A stretch of 63,716 bases of DNA, filler included, from 15 parts of 15 records of this genome joined end to end with filler, not necessarily neighbours in it, one strand, 5' to 3'. Numbered from the whole stretch's first letter, positions 45,896-58,254 are shown. Notes: generated by a model from the letters alone, not told the origin. A program made the numbers and translations.

Positions 45896-46645
45896 CCCCG
45901 CTCAGCAGCAGGTGGAGCGGCCTCTGAGCGGCTTGGCGAGTGCTTGGAGCCGTTGGCCGCTCAAAATCAAAGCAAGGGGCCACCCACGCGACTCGACCGG
46001 TTGAACCAGTGGGGGCCGCCGGTCCTCGGGGAGGATGGACCAACTACTGGGCGAGCCGGTGGGGGTCGCCGAGCCGTTCGTCAAGCTGGAGGCCGACGCG
46101 GTGCTGCTGCTCCCCGAGCCCGAGCCGAGCGTAGAGCCGAGCGTAGAGCCGGTTTCTCCGACCTTGCCGGCTACCGACCACTGCCNNNNNNNNNNNNNNN
46201 NNNNNNNNNNNNNNNNNNNNNNNNNNNNNTTAATTAATTAANNNNNNNNNNNNNNNNNNNNNNNNNNNNNNNNNNNNNNNNNNNNTAGTTACAAGCCATT
46301 CAGTCAAGCTGCATGATATGATTATACATCAGTCATGAATACATCACTCATCAAGTCTTTTATTTATACAAAGTCTGGATCATACTCAGAGCAATACATT
46401 ATAATTAGTTTTGAGTACTTTGCACACCCAACCGGTACGTATTTCATAGGTGTTTCAAATAACTTTTGTAAATTAGTACAAGCATTAGTAATTTAATCAT
46501 GGTCAATATTGCTACAATCTTACAATCATATATAGACCAATCTAGACCAATCTGCCGAGACGCCGAGACTGCTTGATCAAGAGTAATCTAGAGTTCCGGT
46601 CATCGTACGGCCATCGGGTGATACTCGATGGATACTCGAGGCTGC

Positions 46646-49020
46646 TTACGGATCCACTAGCTCTTGGGTTGGATCATCTTGTTCGGCTTTGCGCTTCTTC
46701 TGCCCGTTGACGCTCTGAGCTGCTGTTGAGGCTGTAGCCGGGTGGATAGTGGTGTTGGCTGGCATAAGGATCGACATCAGTCAGGTCTAGCTTTGGTGGG
46801 CTGGCTACCGGTACGGCTTTGCTGGATCAGTGCCGCGTCAGCAATCGTGATTGCTGTCATGGCCTAGCCCAACTGGGTTAGGCTACCACCCAGGCTGAGC
46901 ACAATTTGGGGCCAGATACCTCCACAATCGGGGGCACTCGTGGCAGCACGCAGGGGTCATGCCGACCACGGGCCTCGAGCACCTGGATCATTACGATTCC
47001 AGTCAGAGACATCACGGGCCATCACCGATTCCGAGCCATCAAACTTGACTGTGTGCTGTGCTTGGCCGATGGTGGAGACAGGCTTGATTGCCACCCTAAA
47101 CACAATATCTTGTCCATGGCTGATCCCACCTATGTGCCCAGACTATGACAAGCATTGGGCTAGCTTCAGCACCCAGTGTGCCGCCGGCATTATTGCTTGC
47201 CGTGCCTAGCAGCTGGCAGCCGTCTTTGAGCTCGCCAGCAGTGAACATGTCATTGTGACTGGAGCCTCGCAGCGCGGTGCCCCTGCATTAGATTCGATTT
47301 CCCGGTAGCCTAGGCGCGACCTGAAGCCGGAGCCAATCTCAAAGCCCTTGGTCGCCGGAAGCGAGAGCATTGCATGAGCCAGCTTTGCCTCCTGTGGAGC
47401 GATTCAGTAATCAGTCATTGGAATTGAGCTAGTCTGACCAGCTTGTCGAAGCATGGCTCCCCGAGCCCAGGCGGCACTCCACTCACTACGCAGGTCACCA
47501 CCTGCCATGGCGGTTGGGCGGCCATACATGTGTGCCAGAATCACCCCGCCGATCGAGTCCTTCTCGGCTTTGACCTTGCGTATGCACGTAGCCATTTTGG
47601 CAGCGGTTGCCGGGTGAGGGCACCGGACCTGGCCGAGCTAACACGGGCCTCAGCCAGCATGCGTACGGCCACACATGCGGAGCTGAGCTGAGTCGCCACC
47701 TGCACCCATCACATCTATCTGACTACCACTGTGGCTGCTACTATCGGATGGCTGTCTATCCGCACCTGGTCCTTTGTAGTCGCCAGCTTGTTGCCCTGAC
47801 GATCGTACACCGCTCCATCGCTGCACGCTCTCAGGCGGCCGCGCTTGATCCGGCAGGTACCGGTCAATGTACGCCGGACTCGCATCCGTGTCATCAGCTG
47901 CAAGGAATTGCTCCTCAGCTTCGGCCTGCACACCGTTCAACCCTTTCTGCCCAGTTGGGTCAGCAGACCTGGTCTGTGCAGCCTGCTGGATTGACCAGCT
48001 GCAGCCAGCCGGCCCTATCCACCTCCTGCGGCACAGCTTGGTCGGATCCAACCCTCCGGCCGCACACCTCGCGGCTGAACGAGTTGGGCAGATCGGCTGG
48101 GGCCTCGATTTGGCCGATCGAGCTGACATAGCACACGATCCGAACCCCATAGGCCTGAAACAAGCTCGAGTGGAGTTGCAGCAGGCCAGCACCTCAGTGA
48201 GCCACTTCTCTGCTACAGCTCCAGCCGCCACCTGTGGCGGATTAGCCAGGCCGAGCGGCAGCAATCGGCCACCCTCCCAATCGTTTCGCGGGCCGAGGAG
48301 CGCCCGCCGCCGCTGCAGGCTCGGGTGCCGTACTGGCCCCCGTGTCACCGGGTGAGTGGTTGTGAGGCCACCTTGAGTTGATACGTGTACTCTGCATGCC
48401 CAGGTCTCGGGGTGTCTGCCATCTCCTGTCCGGGCGATCACACCACTCCCACCCCGAGCCTGCCTTGTAGTCGCCCGGCCGTACGTTACTGTTCGGCACA
48501 AACAGAGCAATCGGCGTGCCTGGACCCCGGCCTCAGCCGGCCCGGCGGTGTAGCCGCACCCAGCGTCGCCCCGCGCTCGGTGCCCGACATGATCTGGACC
48601 CTGACGCCCGGCCAGGCTCGGCCCTGCCCGGCAGCCGCTTCACTGACTTGTCTGCCTCGTCGCGCGGGGTGGTCAGCACGCTTTGACCGGGCCTGCCTCA
48701 CGGCCATCACACACCGCCGTGGCAGCAGGTAGGCACCGGCGCCGGGTGAGCTGCGGCTGGATGTCAGCTTCTGTGAGGGCTAGCCCGGGAGGGCATCCGT
48801 CCACGATGCACCTGCCGGGATCTGAGCCGGCGCCGTCGGTCGCGTACCCGACTCCGGGGCAGTGCGACTCGCCAAAGGTGGAGACCCTGAAGAGCGTTCC
48901 GAACGACGACCTGCACCACAGCCACCGCCGATTACGAGTCGGCCACCCATATGCGGCGGCCGGCCCGGGGCTACTACGGGGCGGCTCTCGCCAGGGTATT
49001 CACGGGCAGGCGGCACACAT
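46646..49020 (-). CDS. aroC: Chorismate synthase, intron-rich
   Basis: [68 protein letters not shown] split by the intron 48911-49018. Confidence 0.95.
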
Positions 49021-49159
49021 TGTTGCTCGGCTTTGACTTCCGAGTTGCAGTTCGCGATTCAGCCGTTGGCCGAACGTTCGCTCGAGAAGCACAGGTACTC
49101 GAAGCATGTCAGGATTCGGCGGATTCTTTGGGCCCGGCTGGCCGGCGAACGCGACAGTG
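49021..49159. promoter_or_regulatory. Putative 139-bp bidirectional promoter between chorismate synthase and the aminopropyltransferase
   Basis: Only sequence between two divergent start codons; inferred from position. Confidence 0.55.
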
Positions 49160-50764
49160 ATGGACCACTCGTACCAGCCGCCCGCCCCGGCCTGCCCAGC
49201 TCCGGCCCCGGCCCCGGCTCCGGCCGTCGCGCCAGCCACAGGCGAGCAGCCTGCCCAGGTGCGTGCGCCCCGCGCGAGCGCCGGCGGAGCGGCGGGCAGG
49301 TCAACCAGACGGCCGACTTCTTCTTCGAGGAGGGTGGCAACGGCAGGCCGGCGGCTGCTGACCGGCCGGCAGCGATTGACGAGACGTACGCCATCAAGAC
49401 CCAGCTCAAGAACATCCTTTTCTCGGGCAGTTCTGACTTCCAGAAAGTGCAGGCGCTCGCCCGTCCGGAGCTCGGGGCCAGCGCGCGGCCAGGTGATAGA
49501 GACTGGCGCATTCGGCCGGACGCTGGTGATGGATAGCAAGACTCAATCGGCCGAGAAGGACGAGAAGGCTCGACCGTCGATTTGCACGGCTGAGCGGCGG
49601 CGGCAGGTCTACCACGAGAGTCTGGTACACCCGGCCATGCTGATGCACGGTGCCCCCCTCCCGGTGGGCCTGGGTGACGCTGGTGGCAGGCGAGCCCAAG
49701 TCTGTTTTTATTGGCGGCGGCGGCGAGTTTGCAACTGCGCGTGAGGTCAGGCTCGAGCTGGGAGAGGTTGAGCCCGTTTTCAGGCGCTGCGGCACCGGAG
49801 TGTGGAGAGCGTGGTGATGGTGGACATCGATCAAGTGGCCTGTGACATGTGCCGGGAGCATCTGCCAGAGTGGAACGACGGCGCGTTCGAGGACCCTCGA
49901 TTCGAGGCATCCCAGCAGCATCCGCCGAGCTCACCGGGCCTGAAGGTGTATTACGAGGACGCTAAAGGCTGGATCGAGCAGTGCGGCCGCAAGTTTGATG
50001 TGCGCTCGGGCCTGGGCGGGTCGGTTTATGCGGCGTTACAGGTTATAATTATGGACATTTGTGACCCAATAGAGGCCGGGCCTGGTGAACGGCCTGCGGG
50101 GCTGGCTGCAGCCGGCCGGCAGGGATAGCGCTGTACTTCCAGGAGTTTTACCAGTTCTGCAGAGAGCACGTTCTCACTCCCGGCGGCGTGCTGGTGTGAG
50201 CTGGTGGCACCGGTGCTGGAGCAGAGGCAGGTCACTCAGTCGGGCTGCTGTGGGCTCACAAACTACGACGAGTGCTTCACCACCATCCACTCGACTCTCC
50301 GGTGCTTTACAGTGGCAACTGGCCTGAGCCGGCTGCAGCTCTAGCTTTGGGGCTGTGGCGGGGTACAGTTCGCCCATTCCCTCCTTTGGCTGCCCTTGGG
50401 GGTTCAATCTCGCTTACGAGCCTCAAGCCTCTAAGCCGAGCCCCGCCGACTGGTGAGACATCGCTCTTGTGTGGCTCAGCTGGGTGCTGCAGGACAGTGG
50501 CTCAGGTGGACCAGGCGATTGATCGGAGCATTACTAGCCTGGACACCAAGCCTCTTCAGTTCCTGGACGGCCGCAGGTGAGCTCAGCAAGCAAACGGCCA
50601 GCTGGCTGATGCTCCGGGCAGCTGGCAGGGCGTTTTTGGACTGCCCAAGCAGGTCCGTCAAGGCATGTCAGCTGAGACCAGGTGGGGCTCAGAGCTGCTC
50701 GTGCTGAGCCTTGCAAATAATGTGCAGGATCATGACGAAGGATACTCCAGTGTTCATGTACTAA
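49160..50764 (+). CDS. Polyamine aminopropyltransferase (spermidine synthase family, ACL5/thermospermine synthase-like), 14 introns
   Basis: SDFQKVQVIETGAFGRTLVMD, YHESLVHPAM, IGGGGEFATARE, MVDID, IMDICDPIEAGPG, IPSFGCPWGF and ETRIMTKDTPVFMY*. Confidence 0.92.
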
Positions 50765-51082
50765 GCTTTGGGATAGCTTTAGGACACGTGTGCTGCGATT
50801 GGTGATTTGACTCATCAGCGAGAGATGCTGGAGAGATGTGGATTTTCATAACAACAATTCATTGATACGGGCCTCTAGATTAGCGTGTGAGTCGTGGCCT
50901 CGTCTCGTAGCGTGTGATCACAGTTAAATTATATACCAGTATTGAGTTAACTGTTTAGTAGCCTATGTCTTGTTTAAGTAACNNNNNNNNNNNNNNNNNN
51001 NNNNNNNNNNNNNNNNNNNNNNNNNNTTAATTAATTAANNNNNNNNNNNNNNNNNNNNNNNNNNNNNNNNNNNNNNNNNNNN

Positions 51083-51209
51083 CAGGGTCGAAGTCGTAGA
51101 ACGAGAGCAGCGGCGGGGTGGCCCGCTGGGGCCCCTGCTTGGCATCGCCGGCAGCGGCGGCACGTCCCACCAGAGAGAGGAGCAGCAGCAGCAGCGGCAG
51201 CAAAGACAT
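51083..51209 (-). CDS. 5' end of a secreted protein (3'-partial)
   Basis: MSLLPLLLLLLSLVGRAAAA signal peptide; frame open to the contig edge. Confidence 0.55.
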
Positions 51210-51243
51210 GGTGCGATTCCGTTAGACTCAACAGACAAGCAAA

Positions 51244-54200
51244 ATGCCCCGAGGAATGCAAGCCTGTGCTCTCGTGTCTCTCTGCTGGCTGGCGCTGCTC
51301 CCGGTCGGCCGGGCGGCCCTTCGGCTGCAAGGCGCCGGCTTGAGCTTCACCACCGTGGACATCGACCCGTCGAGCACCACCCTCACCTTCAGCCACGCCT
51401 GCGCCAGTGCCCCGGACGATAAGTGCCGCCTGATCGCCGTCCCGGCCGGCTCGGCCCCGGGGTCCGGCCCGGCGAGGGTGGGCGAGCTGGTGGACGTGTA
51501 CGGCGAGGAGGGCTGCAACCCGGCGGACTTCTTCGTGGTTGCCACGGAGACCAAGGGCCCGCAGCGCGCGGCCGGGTTCTCGGCTTGTGCGATCAACCTG
51601 CCGTCGGGCGGCATCGCCAACGGCACCCGGCTGGCCAAAGGCAATTGCAGGCCTGTGGCCACCCGGGTGGAGTATTCACTCAATGCTGGCTGGCGGTTCG
51701 CCCTGGAGTCGACCCAAGGCGGCGACTGCGCGGACGGCGGGCAATTCCCCACCAACGTGACAGGCCAGCAGTGTCTGGGACTCAACCAGCAGCTCCAGGT
51801 GGCAGACGAGCTCAGCTGCCAGAAGACGTGCTGCAGCGACACCGGCTGCACCACCTGGCAGTGGCTCCCGTCCAGCGCCCAATGCTGGACTGGCCAGAGC
51901 ACTGGCTGCAGCCCGTCAGGCGCGGGCTGGCTTGGCGGTGTCCGACCCGCGGCCCCGCCACCGCCACCCGCCCCTGCAACGGGCAGCCAATGCAGCAGTG
52001 CTCTGTTCGAGGGCCGATGCACCGTTGGTTACAACGACTCTAGCTGGAGGCAGGTGAGCTCTCCACACGACTTTGTTCTTGAAGGCAACTTTTCGCAATA
52101 TGCCCAAAAGTCGCATGGCTACCTGCCTCTCGGTACCGGCTGGTACCGCAAGGCTTTCGTGGCGCCGTCAGTGGTGGAGGGCGTTGCAACGGTGGCGACG
52201 CTGCGGTTTGAGGGCACAATGGGTGTGACCGACGTGTGGCTCAATGGAGAATGCCTTGGTAGACACTCGTCAGGGTACTTCTGTCACGGCTTGGACGGTT
52301 TCTAACAAGGGCTTGGCAGGTATACGCCGCACGAGTACACGTTCACAGCGACGGCCAACTCGACACTGGCTTGGGGGAGCACCAACACGATTGCAATACG
52401 AGTCGACAGCACCGTGCTTGACAGTTGGTGGTATGACGGGGGCGGGCTCTATCGAGACGTGACCCTGACGACCACCTCCTCGACCTATTTGCCATCGTAC
52501 AGTGTGTATGCCCCGTCGGCGGTCGTCAGCCCGATTGTGAACGGTACGGCCGATGCAGTGGTTGCCGTCCAGGCGCAGATCAATAACCTGGCCAGCAAGG
52601 ACTCGCAAGTGCGTACAGCTATCCGAGTGCTCTCAATGCAGGGCGAGATTGTAGCCGAGGCGCCGCTCCGTGTCGCAACAATCCAGGCCGGCGACGCATT
52701 CCTGGCCACAGCCAATCTTACGATCAAGAGCGCCAAGCTGTGGTCCCCTGAATCGCCTGCTCGGTACCTGGTCCGAGTGAGCCTAGAGACAGCCGCCGAT
52801 TCCTTGCCGGTCGATGCGGTTGATACCGTGATTGGGATCCGAAAGACCGAGTGGAGTGCAGCCACAGGGCTGAGTCTCAACGGCAAACCGATCAAGATCC
52901 TGGGTGCCGCAAACCACCAGGACTTTGGGGGTGTGGGCGTAGCCGTTCCTCGCGAGCTGCAGAAGCACCGGATTGGGAAGCTCAAGCAGCTCGGACTGAA
53001 TGCGTGGCGAACCGCTCACAATGCGCCCGACCCGGCGCTGCTCGACGCTGCGGACGAGCTCGGGTTTATGGTGTGGGATGAGAACCACCACAATGGGCAG
53101 GACGAGGAGATGCGGCTGCTTGTGCTGCGTGACAGGAACCACCCGAGTATCATCATCTGGAGTCTGTGCAATGAAGTCCTCTGTGAGACGGCGGACACTG
53201 TAGGAGACGCGAAGCGGCTCAAGGCCATTGCCAAGCAACTGGATCCGTTGGGTGGCAGACCGGTGGCTGCAAACAACAATGGCTTGAATGGCAACGATAC
53301 AGTTCTGGACCTTCAGGGTTTTGACTATGCTACCCAGAATTATGACTCTTGGCACGCAAGGGCGCCTTCAATCCCTGCAATCTCCAGTGAGACGAGCTCT
53401 GCTGTATCCGATCGAGGCGAATACGCCAGCAACGCCACTACTGGGCATGTCAGTGGATACGATAGCAATGCTCCGTCATGGGGTGAGACAGCAGAGGTTG
53501 CTTGGGCTGGGATCCTGGAGCGGCCTTTCATCGCTGGTGGGTTCACTTGGACTGGTTGGGATTATAAGGGCGAGCCAACACCATACGCTTGGCCAGACAT
53601 CAACTCGCACTTTGGGATTCTGGATGTAGCTGGCTTCATGAAAGACAGGGCGTATTGGTACCGCGCCACCTTCATTCAAGACGAACCTCAGCTGCACTTG
53701 TTGCCGCACTGGAACTGGAATGCGCAGAATTGTAACGGCCAGGGCTGTACCACTGACCCTGCAACTCAGCAGATGACTGTACGTGTCTGGGCTTACACCA
53801 ATTGTGAGCAAGTGGTGCTGGTCCTCCCGAACGGCACACAGCTCGCACCGGTCAATGTCAGCATGTATTCGCATGCAGAGTGGCTCGTTGCTTACACCCC
53901 AGGCAATCTGACCGCTTTGGGGTTCAGAGGTGGCGCTGCCGTGACCCGGAGCACTGTGCGCACTGTTGGTACTGCAACAGCGCTCAAGGCGACCATTAAG
54001 GACGGCGTCGGGAGCAGGCTGAGTGCCAGTGTGCGTGATGTGGCTCTGGTGCAGGTCGAAGTGGTCGATGAGATTGGACAACGGGTAGTGGGCGCTGCCC
54101 ATCCAATCACGCTCGACGTCAGTGGCCCTGGCCGGCTACTTGGCACTGCCAACGGCAATCCTGCTTCGCTGGTTCCTGACCGATCGGCTAAGAGAGAGGC

Positions 54201-54351
54201 TTACCACGGGCTGATGCTTGGGGTTGTCCAACCTGCAGCCGATGATCAAACATCTGGCGGGGTCATCAAGGTAAGCGTAAGCTCGCCTGGGCTGACATCT
54301 TCTGCTTTGGAGATAGATTCTAGTTACGATTGCGCCGAAATGAGCTTGTGA
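51244..54351 (+). CDS. Glycoside hydrolase family 2 beta-galactosidase-like, secreted, one intron (52275-52319)
   Basis: GWYRK, WWYDGGGLYRDV, NHQDFGGVG, WRTAHN, RDRNHPSIIIWSLCNE, SSET and WTGWDYKGEP; Cys-rich PAN/apple-like insert in the N-terminal part. Confidence 0.95.
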
Positions 54352-54832
54352 TCCATCTCTAGCAAGTGACTTGAAGCAATCAATCGGACGAGTCGGATAG
54401 TTGCGAGTACGCTACTCGTTTATAATAAGTACATTTCCTCGTGAAGTCGAGCCCAGGCCACATAACCGGAATTAAACGGCGGAGAGCCATGCCTAGACTT
54501 GCAGCTATTCAAAAGTGTAATACGAGTACTTGTAAATACTCAGTTGGGTATGGATATTGGATAAGCATATAAAGTCTGTCCGTTAAATCGACCGGTGTGG
54601 GACGCACAGCAGTCCACCGATCAATGCTATGAGCGCGGGCTACGACGCTCAGNNNNNNNNNNNNNNNNNNNNNNNNNNNNNNNNNNNNNNNNNNNNTTAA
54701 TTAATTAANNNNNNNNNNNNNNNNNNNNNNNNNNNNNNNNNNNNNNNNNNNNACGACACGCCTATACCACTATTAGGTGTGTTGTATTAGGGCCGTTAGA
54801 AACGGCATAATCATTTACTTGTAGTATTTTAG

Positions 54833-56063
54833 CTACACTGAATGGATATCCATGTATCGTTCCATGTCCTTGGTGATCTTGACCCTCTCGACCTGGATGC
54901 CAGCGATGATCGTCTTCTTATGTGCATTCCACTCGTCATCAGTCATGTCATGAGGGTCTTTGCTGGACGCCCCAATTTGGCTCGGTGTCATCTCAACCTC
55001 AGCGTTTTCAAAAGCCTCATCGACCCCAACACTAGCTTGCCTCTCGAGCTCTTCGCCCTTTCGCGCCGCACTGTTCGCGCGATTGAGTGAAGCCCTCGTT
55101 GAGCGGACTTCTTCGAGTGTTTCGTTGACCAGCTCCTCCTGCGCCTGTCGACCGCCAAAAGCAGTAGAGCAGAACAGGATTGCTTTGAATGGGTTGGGAT
55201 ACTTGAAACTTTGTACCATGTCTGCTGTGATGTTCCGGTCGCCACTGTCCAAGGCCTCGGTCAAATGTTCAATTGCCAAGTCCTGCAGGTGGCTCAGAAG
55301 GGCTTCCGGCCACCAGGGAGGATCTCACATTGGTCGTGTTAAAGAGAGTCCACTGGTGGGCACCCCAGCCGATCGCTGTCAACATCATTGACATAGTGAG
55401 CAGAGCCCAGATGTTGTAAATTTCATTCAGATCGAGCTCCCCGCCCTGCATGCAAGCACGAGCGTCAGCACCAGACACCAACCAACGGGGTGACCATGTG
55501 TGTCAGTTTGTTTGTGAGAGCCCAGAACGAGCTAACCACTCCGAGCAGATTCCCCTTGAAAAACTGGGCTGTGCCATCCTGAACAATGATCCCGTACACA
55601 AGGAGGTAGTAGCCGTATCACGGGGGATGTCCCGTATCAACGTAACAACCACGTCCTTGGCACTGTCGACCTGCAGGAACGGAAGGTCGTATGCTTTGGT
55701 GTTCACGGTGAAGTCAGGCCTGCCCGGATTCGAGGTCTGAGCCGGCCGGGCCGTCACAGGGAATCCGCGTTCGCGCAGATGCCGTTGGTAACGCACTCGT
55801 CGCCGTTATAGGTCATCAGCAGCCGGTGCTCCACTTTCTGAGCCCCCGGGATCACACCGGAGCGAGGCAAGGCCGCACGAAGTACATGGTGATAGCAGGA
55901 TCGTCAATAGTATCCACGATCGCGCCACGGGAAGCCAGATAGAGCGTGAGGGCGTGGGCTCTGGGCAGTGCGCAAATGAGCAGCACAAGAGATGCCAGCA
56001 TGAACTGCCCCCCGCTCGCCCGACCCGGATGCGGCCAGCCGGCACCGATGCGCTCGACTTCAT
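54833..56063 (-). CDS. Hypothetical secreted/membrane protein, multi-exon
   Basis: Signal-like FMLASLVLLICALPRAHA after a short intron; internal hydrophobic helix IWALLTMSMMLTAIGWG; charged C-terminal exon. Confidence 0.5.
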
Positions 56064-56345
56064 GCCGTCGTGTTGACGAACGACTCCACAATGTTGGCTT
56101 GACCCAGCGTAACGGCTGCCAAAAAATAGTTAGTAACGGCTTGACCCAGCGTAACGGCTTGCCGCGGACCCGAAGTGATTAGTTACTAGCTTTTTTATTC
56201 CGGAGGTCCCCCGGCACCTCAAAGGCCTAGATACTATAGGGCGTCTCACAAGACCACGGGCGTTCATACCAGGGTTACAAGACCACGGGCATCTATGAGA
56301 GTCTAGATCACCGACTGTGTCAGTGGGATGCTGTCAATTGAGGTA

Positions 56346-58254
56346 CTATGGTTTGCCCCAGAGCATCACAAGCCCGTCGCCGCCGCCGGACACCAGACGG
56401 CCGCCTCGCACCACAGCAAGTGCCTGCACATCCGCTCAGAGTCGATCTAAGACTAGCCTCACGTTCACGTCGTCCTTGTGTCCAGTGAGCGTCTTGACCG
56501 GTTGGCCGGTAGCCGAGTCCCAGAGCACGATGCTTCCGTCGAACGATCCCGAGGCCAGCGTGGATCCGTCGGGCAGCACCGCCAGTGAGCAGACCGCCCG
56601 CTTGCTGCTCCGTTCCATGCTCCGCACCAGCCTCCCAGTGCTGCGCCCTGCTCAGCCAGCCGGCGCCACACCGCACCGCGAGTCCCAAAGCAGAACCGAA
56701 GAGCCGGCCGCCAGCGCCAGGACGTGCCCGTTGGAGAGCGGAGCAATTGCGACTACCGCGGCCTCGGCTGCACCGGAGTGAGAGCCCACCGGTGCGGATG
56801 ACACCGGAGAAGCAGTGGAGCTGCTCGCAGGAGTGCCCGTCCCACAGGATGATCAGCTCGTCCGCGCCCGCCGAGCACACAAGCTTGCCCGACCCGAGGC
56901 TGCCCCAGCCGCAGGCTTGTTGCTGTGCCAGGCTGCACTCGGACACCTGGCCAGCGCGAGCACAAAACTCCGGTGCCCAGTGAACGTGCAACTCACCTGA
57001 GAGACCGTCGGGCCCAGCCGGCCGCCCGCCACCTGGCCGGATTGTGTGTCCCAGCACCGGACGATGCTCTCGTCCATGCAGCCGGAGACCAGCCGGGACG
57101 GCCCACTCGCCGCCACAGCTGCCACGGCCCCGCTCATCGCGGTGACTTGGACAAGCGAGACACGCTCGACGCCCTCGACCCCCTTGAGCCGCCGGACCAG
57201 CAGCCCGAGCTCGATGTCCCAGAGCACGATGCTGCCCCGCCCTCCCGCCGGGTGCCAGCACGGTGGGCACCTGCCATCAGCCGAGCCGCTCGCCAGTGTC
57301 TGGTCGTCGCTGAGCACAGCCAGGCAGCCGACCGCCTCCGAGTGCCCGCTCAGCGTCCGCACTGGAGCCCCGGCCTCCGAGTCCCAGAACTGGATGCTGC
57401 CAGAGCCCGAGCCGACTGCCACCGTCTTGCCTGCGATCACAGCTCGCGCCACCCGACCCGAGCGGCACCGTCCGGGAGCGCGGCCAGGCAGCGGACGCCG
57501 CCCTTGTCCTTGAGCTGCAGCCGGGGACGGTCGGCCGACACCCGGGCCAGGTCCTGATCCAACGGGCTGGCCGGCGGGAGCTTGACGCTGCACCCTGGGC
57601 TGAGCGCTCCGCAGCCGCTGGCGCACCGGTCGAGGTCGCCCGCCAGCGCCTGCGCCATCGCGCCCTCGCCGCCCTCGGCCAGCCGCCGGGCCAGATCCCG
57701 CCCGCTAGCCGCTGTGGCCGCCTTGGCCTCTGCCGCCGGCTCAGCCTCGGCCCGCAAGCCGCCCACCCGCAAGCCTCGCGTCGAGCTCCGCCAGCCGGCC
57801 AGCCGCCTCGGCCAGCTCCTCGGCCACCTACCCCGTTTGCCCGGCCGGCCAGCCGCGAGCACCTCCGGCGCGTCAAGCTGCTCGGCCTGCAGTTCGCGTA
57901 CCGCCGCCTCCAGCCCAGGCCGCCCGCGCCCGATGGCCGCCTCCAGCGCCGCCCGAGCCCCCCGCCACCGACTGCCCGGCGCTCAGCCCGACAGGCCGGC
58001 TCGGGTGCCTGATGACGTCCCCGGCTTCCTTTTCGAGCTGTTTGGCCGCCCGGTCGAGCTGCCCGAGTGCCTCGGCCATCTCTTGCTCCAGCCGGGCCCG
58101 TCGAGCGGCCGAGCGCGCCGTCGCGAGCTCCTACCCACAGGATCAGCGCCATCCGCTGCCCGGGCGGTGCCTGCTCCAGCCCCGCCACCCGCTGCACCAG
58201 CGCTGCCGCACCAGGCTCGCCGCCCCCGCACCAGGCTCGCTACACACCGTCCAT
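56346..58254 (-). CDS. Coiled-coil + WD40 repeat protein, multi-exon
   Basis: [18 protein letters not shown] after splicing; repeats such as [25 protein letters not shown] and [14 protein letters not shown]. Confidence 0.85.

Noticed and set aside
46646-50764. Frameshifts and in-frame stops as pseudogenes, recoding or an alternative genetic code
   Set aside because: The breaks I traced are resolved by short GT-AG or GC-AG introns; long intronless ORFs end at ordinary TAA, TAG or TGA.
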